DNA of 64,000 bases from Minisyncoccota bacterium (GCA_041651055.1 JBAZJW010000004.1:2018-66017), one strand, 5' to 3'. Counted from the first letter of the stretch, positions 17,892-27,353 are shown. The notes: a model not told the origin generated them from the letters alone. Made by a program: numbers and translations.

Positions 17892-18079
17892 TACTAGCCC
17901 TGAAACTATACAAGCTCTGTCCATCCTGGCGGTATCACGTTAGGCGCACATGGGCTATGGAGCCGCCGTTTAGGACGCATTGGTTCTGTAAGCATTGTCC
18001 TATAAAGATGTTCAACGGGATAGGAATGGCGTGGAGACGAACAAGAGACAGGGCCGCACTCGCGGCAAAGGACAACTGA
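17888..18079 (+). CDS. Hypothetical protein
   Basis: ATGA-coupled; CKHC. Confidence 0.5.
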   Translation: MILALKLYKLCPSWRYHVRRTWAMEPPFRTHWFCKHCPIKMFNGIGMAWRRTRDRAALAAKDN

Positions 18080-18255
18080 TGCTGCTGCGTATAACTGCCC
18101 CGCATTTTGTAGCAGGAATGGACACGGAAACCAGAGAATGTGCCCCGATTATTAATTATATGAAGATGTGGACTATTGGCGGTATCAAGTCTTATTGTGA
18201 AAAGAAAGGTTGGAAGTGCGAAAAGATAGACAAGAAGGAGGGGGAGCATGAGTGA
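18079..18255 (+). CDS. Small phage protein
   Basis: ITAPHFVAG...APIINYMKMW...YCEKKGW pattern; TGATG coupling. Confidence 0.6.
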   Translation: MLLRITAPHFVAGMDTETRECAPIINYMKMWTIGGIKSYCEKKGWKCEKIDKKEGEHE

Positions 18256-18700
18256 GCGAAGGTTTTATATAGCAGAAATAGAGGAGAATGATGGAACATA
18301 CAAAAACCCAGAAGTAATCACCGAGTCTGTGCTGAGGCGGTGGGCAATCCAAATGTTCAATGCTCAATGGACTTGTGCTGATGATGTGAGAATTGACATC
18401 CTACTCCACGGCTCGGGGGAGAAGGGCGATGACTTACCTCCCCGTGAGATGAGGGCAGAGCCGTATTACAAGAAGCTCGGTGAGGGGGAGAAGGAAGTAA
18501 AGGTCAACCACGAACAGTTTGAAGCTGTACGAGCAGCAATGCCCTCCCCCGCGCCGACAAGGGCGGAGTGGGAAGCGTGGATAAACAGATTTCCGTGGGT
18601 GTATTTGCAGGATTGCACCGTAATGGGAACAGGATATGATAATGGGGCAGAAAGGTTAAGGGACTGGTTCAAGTCCATGCCAATCATTCCCAAGGAGTGA
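18248..18700 (+). CDS. Hypothetical protein with duplicated C-terminal cassette downstream
   Basis: ORF track; SD GGAGG. Confidence 0.6.
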   Translation: MSERRFYIAEIEENDGTYKNPEVITESVLRRWAIQMFNAQWTCADDVRIDILLHGSGEKGDDLPPREMRAEPYYKKLGEGEKEVKVNHEQFEAVRAAMPSPAPTRAEWEAWINRFPWVYLQDCTVMGTGYDNGAERLRDWFKSMPIIPKE

Positions 18701-18838
18701 ACCCCCACGCCGACAAGGGAGGAATGGGCTCACAAACTGGCCCATGCGCTATGTACGAAGGACTATTTTAGCCATGAGACACAAAGGGAAGAGGTAGAAA
18801 ACTTACTTCTTTCCATGCCCATCGTGCCGAAAGGATGA
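18701..18838 (+). other. Start-less in-frame second copy of the preceding C-terminal domain
   Basis: TPTPTREEW...SMPIVPKG* versus PSPAPTRAEW...SMPIIPKE*; identical 12 bp at 18552-18563 and 18708-18719. Confidence 0.65.
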
Positions 18839-18842
18839 ACTA

Positions 18843-19016
18843 ATGAACAAATCAAAACTACTCCGCGACAGAGACATAGCTATCATACTATCCACAATAC
18901 ATCTCTCTAAGCGTGAGAAACGAACTAGATCAACAACCTATACAGTTACTCTACCAACACTATTATTAATCATACTAGCAATAGCCTTATTATTAACCTC
19001 ACACCTAACCTACTAG
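18843..19016 (+). CDS. Small membrane protein
   Basis: Hand-called 57 aa, C-terminal hydrophobic stretch LLLIILAIALLL. Confidence 0.45.
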   Translation: MNKSKLLRDRDIAIILSTIHLSKREKRTRSTTYTVTLPTLLLIILAIALLLTSHLTY

Positions 19017-19028
19017 GAGGAACCCGAC

Positions 19029-19751
19029 ATGATACCTACTATGATGAATGACCTAACCAATCCCCCACTTGACAATGTTGCAGTCTACCTAAGTGGTGGT
19101 ATAGACTCGTCCGTGGTGCTTTATCACGTGACTAAAAAATGCAAAAACGTTCGCACGTATACGGCAGTTTTTGGTGTATCTAATGACGAGTCTGCCAAAG
19201 CTCAACGCGTGGCTAACTATTTTGGCACAACACACACTGAGGTATTTATATTCAAGTCTGATATACTAGACTCTCTCCCATATGTAATGCGTCTATTCGA
19301 CAGACCTCGATACAACATCTGGCCGTTTTTTCTGGCTAGACGTGCCTTCTATGATGAGGTTAAAACAGCCTACATAGGTGAGGGGTCAGATGAGATATTT
19401 GGTTATCCCGATCGTGGTTACCTCGAAGGCTGGGCCGGGCAGTTGATTTATGTACGTCCAACCTATGATATAGTCAACTCCCACTTCGGCATCACTCTCA
19501 AAGCCCCGTTCACTGAGTTACACCACAAGCTCATAGCAGACTACGGTTCCCAGTCCGCACCGTTAGCATACTTCGATCCACCCAACAAATCCTACCTTCG
19601 TTCAGCATATAAACGTCTCTTGCCAGACTGGATACTCAACACTCCCACAACTGCACCAGCATTTACTAACTACACCGAACTTGGGATCACTAAACATGAA
19701 TTCCAAATCGCAGCTACACGTGCATGGTTGGGGGTGCATGATGTTCACTAA
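19029..19751 (+). CDS. Asparagine-synthetase-like ATP-dependent ligase domain (no glutaminase domain)
   Basis: YLSGGIDSS PP-loop, GEGSDEIFG, K..LR.A...LP..I. Confidence 0.85.
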   Translation: MIPTMMNDLTNPPLDNVAVYLSGGIDSSVVLYHVTKKCKNVRTYTAVFGVSNDESAKAQRVANYFGTTHTEVFIFKSDILDSLPYVMRLFDRPRYNIWPFFLARRAFYDEVKTAYIGEGSDEIFGYPDRGYLEGWAGQLIYVRPTYDIVNSHFGITLKAPFTELHHKLIADYGSQSAPLAYFDPPNKSYLRSAYKRLLPDWILNTPTTAPAFTNYTELGITKHEFQIAATRAWLGVHDVH

Positions 19752-20490
19752 ACTAACCATCGAACTCACCAACATCTGCAACTTATCATGTGATCCTTGT
19801 CCACGTCACCACCTAAAAATGAACTTTGGCTACATGAACGAGCAGCTATTCTATAAGTTGCTAGACCAATGTCCCCCAGGTACCACTATCCTACCGTTCT
19901 GGCGTGGTGAATCGCTCCTACACCCACAGGCTATTGAGCTGCTCTATTACGCAGTTTCCCGTAAATTAGATGTTGTGTTAGCAACCAACGGTTCCCGAAT
20001 GGTTGAACTACACCAACAAATCGGCCTCATAAAAAAGCTAAAAGCGATCAACGTGAGCTTACATAACATCGACTCATATTCAGCCTACCTATGGCTCCAA
20101 GAACTCAAACACGCTACAAACTCACCAATCGACATACAACTATCCTATGTCGAAGGTGAACACACCGACGTTCCAGAGGAGTTATTTAACCACTTAAACC
20201 TTCGCCGTTATAAACAACACTCCTTCAACGGTGTATGGGGATGCACCGATGCTGAACCAGTATTATACCAAGACTGGTGTCAGCGTTTAGACACTGACCT
20301 AGTAATCACGTGGGATGGTAAAGTCTCACGTTGCTGCTATGTGTGGCAACCAATAGAAGGTTTAGATGCTAACACACAAACTCTGGAATCCATACAATAT
20401 CATCCAAATTATAGTCGTATCATTACTAACTATCCCGACCGCATTTGCTCTGCGTGTGACCAATGGCGAGGCGGGGGTAGAACTCTCTAA
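19738..20490 (+). CDS. Radical SAM / SPASM-Twitch protein
   Basis: CNLSCDPC, GESLLHP, TNG, C-terminal C...DGKVSRCC...CSAC. Confidence 0.85.
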   Translation: MMFTKLTIELTNICNLSCDPCPRHHLKMNFGYMNEQLFYKLLDQCPPGTTILPFWRGESLLHPQAIELLYYAVSRKLDVVLATNGSRMVELHQQIGLIKKLKAINVSLHNIDSYSAYLWLQELKHATNSPIDIQLSYVEGEHTDVPEELFNHLNLRRYKQHSFNGVWGCTDAEPVLYQDWCQRLDTDLVITWDGKVSRCCYVWQPIEGLDANTQTLESIQYHPNYSRIITNYPDRICSACDQWRGGGRTL

Positions 20491-20505
20491 CCCAGGAGTC
20501 AAACT

Positions 20506-21321
20506 ATGGACATTTTAATCCTTGGTGGCGATGGCATGTTGGGGCATCAGTTACTTAAATCCCTAAGTCATAAACACTACGTAAAAGCAACCATTCACGG
20601 GCCGGAGATGTTTGGTAGAATCAACACATTTCCATATGTTGACGTCACAAACACAGACCACTTAACAGAAATACTCTCTGAATTTCACCCTAAAGTTGTT
20701 ATCAATGCAGTGGGTTTCGTTAAACAACGGTTTCATGACTACGTCAAAAACATCGAAGTAAACGCTTTGTTTCCACACAAACTAAACAACCTCTGTAAGT
20801 CTATTCATGCGCGACTTATACACATCAGCACGGACTGTGTGTTTAGTGGTAACAATAGCAGCTACACAGAACAACATACACCTGATCCTGTTGACATCTA
20901 TGGTATGACAAAACTACTTGGTGAAATTCACTCATCTTATGGTTGTCTTACTCTACGCACGTCATTCATAGGACGTGAACTTAAGAATAAGTTAGGTTTA
21001 CTTGAGTGGTTTCTAGGTCAAACCGGGACGAGTGTAAACGGCTACATAAACGCTGTTTTCAGTGGCCTAACCACCATCGAATTTGGGCGTGTTATAGAGA
21101 TGATACTAGACTCCCACGAACTACATGGTCTACTTAACGTATCTGGTTATCCCATTAATAAGTATGATCTCTTACTTAAACTCCGTGCTAAATTCAACCT
21201 AAACATAGACATCAAACCATGTATGGAACCAGTGATTAATAGGTCGTTAGATTCATCCAAGTTTATGAAACGCTTCAACTACCAGCCCCCAACCTGGGAT
21301 TCGTTGATTGAGGAACTATGA
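20506..21321 (+). CDS. rmlD: dTDP-4-dehydrorhamnose reductase-family SDR
   Basis: GGDGMLG, HISTDCVFSG, YGMTK, RSLDSSK. Confidence 0.85.
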   Translation: MDILILGGDGMLGHQLLKSLSHKHYVKATIHGPEMFGRINTFPYVDVTNTDHLTEILSEFHPKVVINAVGFVKQRFHDYVKNIEVNALFPHKLNNLCKSIHARLIHISTDCVFSGNNSSYTEQHTPDPVDIYGMTKLLGEIHSSYGCLTLRTSFIGRELKNKLGLLEWFLGQTGTSVNGYINAVFSGLTTIEFGRVIEMILDSHELHGLLNVSGYPINKYDLLLKLRAKFNLNIDIKPCMEPVINRSLDSSKFMKRFNYQPPTWDSLIEEL

Positions 21322-22268
21322 AAATCCTTCACTACCATCACAACGGCGTGGGTGTGGTGCTTAGCAACGAAATGAACACCAGACCTAACATCACATCAAA
21401 GGTGTTCACCACCGCCAGACATCCTTTTGGGTTTAAGGCTGACTACGTGCTACCACCCAATATACCAATTCTAGGTTCACAAAACCTTTCATATTGGATA
21501 TTGTTTAGTACACTACACAAACGTTATGATATATTACATAGTCATGATGGAATTCCCCTACCACAACGTGTATTACGCAAATGGTCTGGCCGGGTTGTGC
21601 AGCACTACCACAATCCATTATTTACTGACTTCTACCCACACACTCCCATACCATCGTTCGTATCAACGCCAGCCATGACATTAACTATCCCAAATTCTGT
21701 GTGGATGCCACTACCTATAGACCCACTTAAATTCCATCCAGGTGTTAGACTTTATAACCCATACAATCCAGTTATAGGATTCTCATACAATATAAGCGCA
21801 GACAAGAATAAACTAAAATACATTCCACTTAATGAACTTATGCAGTTCTCACGGGACTGTAAACAAGTCATCATGAAAGGTTTATCTGATTCTATTCATC
21901 ATACCAAAATGCCAGCCTACTACCAATCAATAGACATTTATGTGGATCGCTTGGGACTGGACTCCTATGGTTGGCAAGCTATCGAAGCGGCGGCGTGTGG
22001 GTGCGTGGTAGTTACTCAAGCCAAGAACTCTCCAGAAGATTGTCCATTTAGTTATGCAACTCCAGAGACACTTTCTAACGTGCTAGAATCCATCATAACT
22101 CTACCAGTTAAGATGTTCATAAACATGAAACATCAATCCATTGAATACGCCAATAAATATCACAACGTCTCAACACTCGTTGACAGATACCTACAATATT
22201 ACTCTAACCTAGGAGACCTAAATGCTTTTAAAAACTGCATGGAGCACACTAGCATTACTGCTATATAA
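21318..22268 (+). CDS. GT-B (GT4-like) glycosyltransferase
   Basis: YDILHSH, PLPID, DIYVDRL...YGWQAIEAAACG. Confidence 0.75.
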   Translation: MKILHYHHNGVGVVLSNEMNTRPNITSKVFTTARHPFGFKADYVLPPNIPILGSQNLSYWILFSTLHKRYDILHSHDGIPLPQRVLRKWSGRVVQHYHNPLFTDFYPHTPIPSFVSTPAMTLTIPNSVWMPLPIDPLKFHPGVRLYNPYNPVIGFSYNISADKNKLKYIPLNELMQFSRDCKQVIMKGLSDSIHHTKMPAYYQSIDIYVDRLGLDSYGWQAIEAAACGCVVVTQAKNSPEDCPFSYATPETLSNVLESIITLPVKMFINMKHQSIEYANKYHNVSTLVDRYLQYYSNLGDLNAFKNCMEHTSITAI

Positions 22269-23250
22269 GCGTCAGAGTCAATGGGCCGTGCCAACATCAT
22301 TAGGTGTATGTCTGACAGATAGATGCAACATCAAATGCACCTACTGTATGCGAGAAACGTTTAAACCACCAAGCGGTGAGTTAGACCTAGACGATATTCA
22401 AGTTATGTTACGTAATGCACCTACTGTTACAGGCGTCTGTATTATGGGTTTGTGTGAACCTTATTGTAATCCTAATACGAGTCGTATCATCAAATGGTTA
22501 AAAGATGAAGGTCACTACAGTATATCATTCACTACAAATTGTACCATCCCATTCACACCCGTTAAATTAGATGCACTTCGACGCGTTGATGACATGGCCG
22601 TGAGTATAGACTCAGCTGATCCAGTGGTGTTTCGTGAATTAAGAGGTACTAGCTTAGACACAGTCATGACCCACCTAACCGATATTATTCGTTATAAACG
22701 TGTGCTCAAGTTAACCGCCACTGACTCACCACCCATTCACATCAATGCTGTAATAACTCAACGTAACTGGTCTGGCATACCAGACCTAATAAAAATGTTC
22801 GAACCCTATGCTAACGACCTAACCTACCTAATGCTAGACCCATGCACACGACCTGATTACTCAAAGGCAGACGTATTTACATCAACTGAGAAACCGTCTA
22901 ACTTCGACGACTTTAAACACCTTGCCAAACTCTCACCACTTAAAGTCATAGGTTTCGACTACATGTTCCAGCCATCTAGTGAGTGGTCTACCTGCTCAAT
23001 GTCGTGGTTAGGCCCATTCGTACAACCCAACGGTGACGTTTATCCTTGTTATGGTTATAGAACTGTCGTTGGTAACATCTATCGTGAATCCCTACTCCAC
23101 GCCTGGAACTCCCCACTCATACGAGAGTTTCGACGTTCCTTACAAACTCCCTATCCACCGTTAGTTCAATGTCGTTTCTGTAACTTCGCCCGTCCTAAAT
23201 GGCAAGTAGGTGGTGCATACAATAAACTCCACGAGGATCAAGACAAATGA
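22222..23250 (+). CDS. Radical SAM / SPASM-Twitch protein
   Basis: CNIKCTYC, VSIDS, C-terminal C...NGDVYPC...GNI...CRFC. Confidence 0.85.
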   Translation: MLLKTAWSTLALLLYKRQSQWAVPTSLGVCLTDRCNIKCTYCMRETFKPPSGELDLDDIQVMLRNAPTVTGVCIMGLCEPYCNPNTSRIIKWLKDEGHYSISFTTNCTIPFTPVKLDALRRVDDMAVSIDSADPVVFRELRGTSLDTVMTHLTDIIRYKRVLKLTATDSPPIHINAVITQRNWSGIPDLIKMFEPYANDLTYLMLDPCTRPDYSKADVFTSTEKPSNFDDFKHLAKLSPLKVIGFDYMFQPSSEWSTCSMSWLGPFVQPNGDVYPCYGYRTVVGNIYRESLLHAWNSPLIREFRRSLQTPYPPLVQCRFCNFARPKWQVGGAYNKLHEDQDK

Positions 23251-23948
23251 CAGACTTTGATTATCAGTGGAAATACTTATCCAACTCACCCTATTTAGAA
23301 CACAACTCAGATAGGGTGAAAGAACTCCTAGACCTAACAATGCTACCGCCTGAGTGGTTTAATGGTAAGTATTGCCTAGACGTTGGCTGTGGTTCGGGAC
23401 GCTACACATATGCTATGCAACAACTAGGTGCAAAGGTTATATCAATAGACAACAGCATCTATGCACTCCAGCTAACAAGTCAAATAAACAAACACGTCTT
23501 TCTACATGACATCACCAAAGCACCGTTTTTTATACGTGGTTGTGCATTAACATTCTGCTATGGTGTGATCCACCACACACCCAACCCTAGAAAAGCCTTC
23601 TCAAACCTAGCAAAGGGTGTACCTAGTGGAGGTTATTTATTTGTTATGGTATACCGTGACTCTCCCGTTCAAAAACGGTACGAAGGTTTCAGAAAACTAT
23701 TTAAATCCCTACCTGCTGTAATGAGGTTACCTTTTGTTTATATGATTACTCTAGTGTTCCGTTATAATTACATCCCACCATTTTATCATCCAGTTCATAC
23801 AGTTCATGGTTGGTGGGACGCATTAAGTCCGACATACAACTTCACATTCACCGAGGACGAAATAGTAACGTGGTTTAGAGAAGAAGGGTTTAGTAACTTA
23901 TACACTTCTACCCTACCTAACATATGTATGACAGGACTAAAACTATGA
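23247..23948 (+). CDS. Class I SAM-dependent methyltransferase
   Basis: LDVGCGSGR, GVIHHTPNP, PSGG. Confidence 0.85.
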   Translation: MTDFDYQWKYLSNSPYLEHNSDRVKELLDLTMLPPEWFNGKYCLDVGCGSGRYTYAMQQLGAKVISIDNSIYALQLTSQINKHVFLHDITKAPFFIRGCALTFCYGVIHHTPNPRKAFSNLAKGVPSGGYLFVMVYRDSPVQKRYEGFRKLFKSLPAVMRLPFVYMITLVFRYNYIPPFYHPVHTVHGWWDALSPTYNFTFTEDEIVTWFREEGFSNLYTSTLPNICMTGLKL

Positions 23949-24589
23949 AAATCCTCTTTGTCCCACACGATGCAGGTAACTTTGCTCCGTTGGTAGCTAA
24001 GTGTCTACGTGACCAAGGTTACGATGCTAGGTGTATAATTTTTTCACAATCGTATCTAAGTTATAAGGTTCAACCACCAGACAAAGTAATCGGCGGTCGT
24101 GGTGTGTGGTCACTATTAATATTAGAACTAAAACGCTGGCTCGTGTTGTATGAGGCACTTAGTTATGATGTGATTGTTTTTACCTTTGGTAGTACCATCC
24201 TCCCGAACCCGGCGTTTATAGGTTGGGGATTGAGTAGTAAAATTTCACTAAAAATGCGTATGTTTTATTCATGTATAGTCTATCCATTCAGTTATCTAAT
24301 GTTAGATGTTTGGTTGTTACATAAACTACACAAACGCATAGGTGTATTGTTCCAGGGCGGCGACGCGCGTAGAGGTGACATACTACGTACGCGTGGGTAT
24401 CCAGACATAGACGAAGAACCCAAGGGTTATTATATTAACTTCATTGACAGATTAAAGTCCCGGCGTGCCAAACTTTGGGACAAATATGCTGATGTTATTT
24501 GGTACCACAACCCCGATCTCTGGTGGGGACTACCTAAACGCTCAACCTTTATGCCGTACCCAATAGAGACTAACCATGAAACGTTCTGA
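23945..24589 (+). CDS. Glycosyltransferase N-terminal (acceptor) half
   Basis: YDVIVFTFG, FQGGDARRGD, YHNPDL...FMPYP; ends where the GT-B linker would start. Confidence 0.7.
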   Translation: MKILFVPHDAGNFAPLVAKCLRDQGYDARCIIFSQSYLSYKVQPPDKVIGGRGVWSLLILELKRWLVLYEALSYDVIVFTFGSTILPNPAFIGWGLSSKISLKMRMFYSCIVYPFSYLMLDVWLLHKLHKRIGVLFQGGDARRGDILRTRGYPDIDEEPKGYYINFIDRLKSRRAKLWDKYADVIWYHNPDLWWGLPKRSTFMPYPIETNHETF

Positions 24590-24932
24590 TATACGTAGAC
24601 TCTACGTCCATAACCGCATGATCCTAATGAAAGGATTTAATGAGGTTGGTATAGTTATAAGTATCTGGAACACGTCTATGCTACTGTTGCTTACGTTGTC
24701 TAACTTATTTGGACGGTCTATTAAAGTTGTGTGGATGGTGGTTATAGCTATACCTACTATTGTAGTTGTCTTTTATTTAGTAGGTCTCCTACTCTACAAA
24801 CGCGGCTTCATGAACGCGGAGTCAGAATGGATAGCAAGTGTAAGTCCTCCACATATGGACATAATCAAACGTCTAGACCACATAGAAAAGGAGCTACAGG
24901 ATGTCAAGACTAACATTCGGACACATAGTTAA
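24576..24932 (+). CDS. Two-TM membrane protein inserted between GT halves
   Basis: Two hydrophobic helices plus C-terminal coiled coil; overlaps both neighbours. Confidence 0.65.
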   Translation: MKRSDIRRLYVHNRMILMKGFNEVGIVISIWNTSMLLLLTLSNLFGRSIKVVWMVVIAIPTIVVVFYLVGLLLYKRGFMNAESEWIASVSPPHMDIIKRLDHIEKELQDVKTNIRTHS

Positions 24933-25494
24933 CCACCGTGAGCCAAAAGGTAGTCGTTTCGTATTAGACGCTGTTCATAAAGCACGTATGTCAGGTGCAG
25001 ACTTCGGGTTTATATTTGCTGAACGTCTCTCATATCAGGAGGCTATGAAGTTATACCCCCAAATTGATGTGTTGCTTGAGCAGTTTGTTATAGGCTGGTA
25101 TGGTCTACAAGCATGTGAGTTTGCACTCATGGGTAAGCCGGTTGTAGTCTATCTACGTGAGGCTGACGGCCCGCCGCTGGTACCTAGCCAACTCTGGCAG
25201 GACATACCATTTATCAACGCCACTCCAGATCAAATCCCTGGTGTGATTATAAACATCACCAAGATGTCAACTCTTGCTCTAACTGAATTAGGAAAACGCG
25301 GCATAGCCTTCGTTAAGAAATATCATTCAAACACTGTAGTAACCCAACAAGTCATGAATGAGTTATTAACCCTACCAAATCACTCGGAATTAAACGAATC
25401 TCACGGAAAACTTTCCCCTAAGGAGGTGCATTGTGATGAAAAAGGTAATCCTATTAGCGTGGCTGCTTCAAATAGTGATCTACCCAAACTATAA
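24901..25494 (+). CDS. Glycosyltransferase C-terminal (donor-binding) half
   Basis: HIVNHREPKGS, DVLLEQFVIGWYGLQACEFALMGKPVV; SD AAGGAG. Confidence 0.75.
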   Translation: MSRLTFGHIVNHREPKGSRFVLDAVHKARMSGADFGFIFAERLSYQEAMKLYPQIDVLLEQFVIGWYGLQACEFALMGKPVVVYLREADGPPLVPSQLWQDIPFINATPDQIPGVIINITKMSTLALTELGKRGIAFVKKYHSNTVVTQQVMNELLTLPNHSELNESHGKLSPKEVHCDEKGNPISVAASNSDLPKL

Positions 25495-25684
25495 AGGCAT
25501 CCAAGGTGAGGTTGACTACTCTCGTCCAGCCATCGTGATTGACAAGGACGAAGTCTACCAAACCATACCAGGTACAACAGAACGTGACTACACTAAACCT
25601 AGCTACACTATAGAAGACAAACGTCCAGATACACGTAGACATCATCAACGTTACATAATCGACATGGAGGACCCGTTGGAATGA
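25436..25684 (+). CDS. Small exported/membrane-anchored protein
   Basis: SD AAGGAGGTG; MKKVILLAWLLQIV. Confidence 0.55.
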   Translation: MKKVILLAWLLQIVIYPNYKGIQGEVDYSRPAIVIDKDEVYQTIPGTTERDYTKPSYTIEDKRPDTRRHHQRYIIDMEDPLE

Positions 25685-26982
25685 ACATATTCACTATCAA
25701 CCTATCAGACATAACTATCCCACCAACTCGTCAACGTACTGACAAGGACGACAAATACATTGACCAGTTATCCGAATCCATCCGTATGATAGGCCAAATC
25801 AACCCTATTATACTTGACGAAACCAACACCCTCATAGCAGGTTGGTGTCGTATCAAGGCGTTTGAGTTGCTAGGACGCACCGAAATCTATGCACGTCGTT
25901 GGGAGGACTTGGACCAATATGAAAAAGAACTTATCGAGTTCGAAGAAAACGTTAGACGTAAAAATCTATCCTATAACGAACAGTTGCTCGCTGAACTTGC
26001 ACTCCATGAACGATTCCAGCAGTATCACGGCGTACAGAAGTCCCCATTTTACGGCCACGTTTCTAAAGGACGACCCAAATGGCGAGTGGAAGACATGGCT
26101 AACTTTATGGGATTCTCAATAGGTAAAATGAGTGAGCGTCTCAAGCTCGCACAAGAAATCCGCCGCAACCCTGAGATGGGTGACTTCAAGACCGAATCCC
26201 AAGCACGTCACGCTATGGAACGCAAACAAGCACAGGCTATACGTACGGTGTTAGCTGCTGTTAAGGTGAGTGAACAGAAGGAAACCACACCATCCAACGA
26301 ACCCAAACCATTATTTGAAACCTATCACCACGGTGACATCACCCTCATTAACGCAGACGCCAAACTCGTCATCCCTACCCTACCAGACGACTCTATAAGT
26401 TGCCTCATCACCGACCCGCCTTGGAACGTTCTCTTTGATGAGTCATTTGGTACAGACACCAAAATAGGACTGGAGTTAACTCATGAGACTCTCAGACTTC
26501 TATACCCAAAATTGCAGTCAGGATCATTATGTGTCATGTATTGTGCAACAAGACACCTTATCACAGGAAAAATTTATGAACTCGTTCAGTCTTGTGGTTA
26601 TGCTATCTACCCCACTATACATATATGGTACAAACCACACTCTGCAGGAAGTTCCATACCTTATCGTGAACTCAAGAACGACTACGAACCCGCGCTCTTA
26701 TTCTCAAAAGGACTCGGAAGAGATTTTCATAGTCCTATGTGGGCAGTTATTAGTGGTCTAGTAGAAGGCAAACGTTATCATACTGCACAGAAATGTACGG
26801 ACGTGCTGAAGCAACTCATTCAGAATTTCACGGTTGAAAATGAGTTAGTGATTGACCCGTTTATGGGTTCCGGACAGACGATGTTAGCCTGTCGTGCGTT
26901 GAAGCGTCGCGGATTGGGTATAGAAAAAGAACCTGACCATTATCATACTGCTATTTATCTAATGGAGGAACCTCATGTCTGA
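25681..26982 (+). CDS. ParB-like domain fused to N6/N4 DNA methyltransferase
   Basis: IGQINPIIL...LIAGWCRIKA...EENVRR; ITDPPW; H.AQK; IDPFMGSGQT. Confidence 0.85.
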   Translation: MNIFTINLSDITIPPTRQRTDKDDKYIDQLSESIRMIGQINPIILDETNTLIAGWCRIKAFELLGRTEIYARRWEDLDQYEKELIEFEENVRRKNLSYNEQLLAELALHERFQQYHGVQKSPFYGHVSKGRPKWRVEDMANFMGFSIGKMSERLKLAQEIRRNPEMGDFKTESQARHAMERKQAQAIRTVLAAVKVSEQKETTPSNEPKPLFETYHHGDITLINADAKLVIPTLPDDSISCLITDPPWNVLFDESFGTDTKIGLELTHETLRLLYPKLQSGSLCVMYCATRHLITGKIYELVQSCGYAIYPTIHIWYKPHSAGSSIPYRELKNDYEPALLFSKGLGRDFHSPMWAVISGLVEGKRYHTAQKCTDVLKQLIQNFTVENELVIDPFMGSGQTMLACRALKRRGLGIEKEPDHYHTAIYLMEEPHV

Positions 26983-27169
26983 ACAATGGTTTGACATAGG
27001 TCGATGCGTCTATTGTGGGGCTATATTATATGACCTACATTACCCTACATCAGTTGGCTGGAACCCAACCGGGCGTCACCGTTGGAAAGGCGGCGACCCG
27101 GATTGCAGACACCGCGCACTGGAAATGGAGGTAGATGACGATGAAATTCATACGAGCACAGATAACTGA
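26975..27169 (+). CDS. Small Cys/His protein
   Basis: CVYCG...CRH; SD GGAGG. Confidence 0.5.
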   Translation: MSEQWFDIGRCVYCGAILYDLHYPTSVGWNPTGRHRWKGGDPDCRHRALEMEVDDDEIHTSTDN

Positions 27170-27353
27170 CACCCTACACGACCGCTTGATGGCCCTCACC
27201 ACACATCATGGTGAGTACACCCACTTGATTCGTAAAGCCATTCGCGAGTTCGTTACCAATGAGGAGGCCCGCCGTGGAATTGACAACACAACTAGACTTA
27301 CAATCCAAGTGCAGCAAACTAAAACTAGTCCTTCCAAAATCCCTAACCCATAA
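27135..27353 (+). CDS. Possible ribbon-helix-helix DNA-binding protein
   Basis: FIRAQITDTLHDRL...HLIRKAIREFV pattern; SD GGAGG. Confidence 0.45.
   Translation: MTMKFIRAQITDTLHDRLMALTTHHGEYTHLIRKAIREFVTNEEARRGIDNTTRLTIQVQQTKTSPSKIPNP

Noticed and set aside
18698-18700. Genome-wide TGA recoding
   Set aside because: Core genes are intact in the standard code and many end in TGA with ATGA coupling; any readthrough would be local
18541-18838. Diversity-generating retroelement TR/VR pair
   Set aside because: No reverse transcriptase in the window; middles are unrelated rather than adenine-specific variants
19029-19751. QueC / 7-deazaguanine DNA modification pathway
   Set aside because: GEGSDEIFG is AsnB-type, QueC zinc cysteines are lacking, and no folE, queD or dpdA is seen
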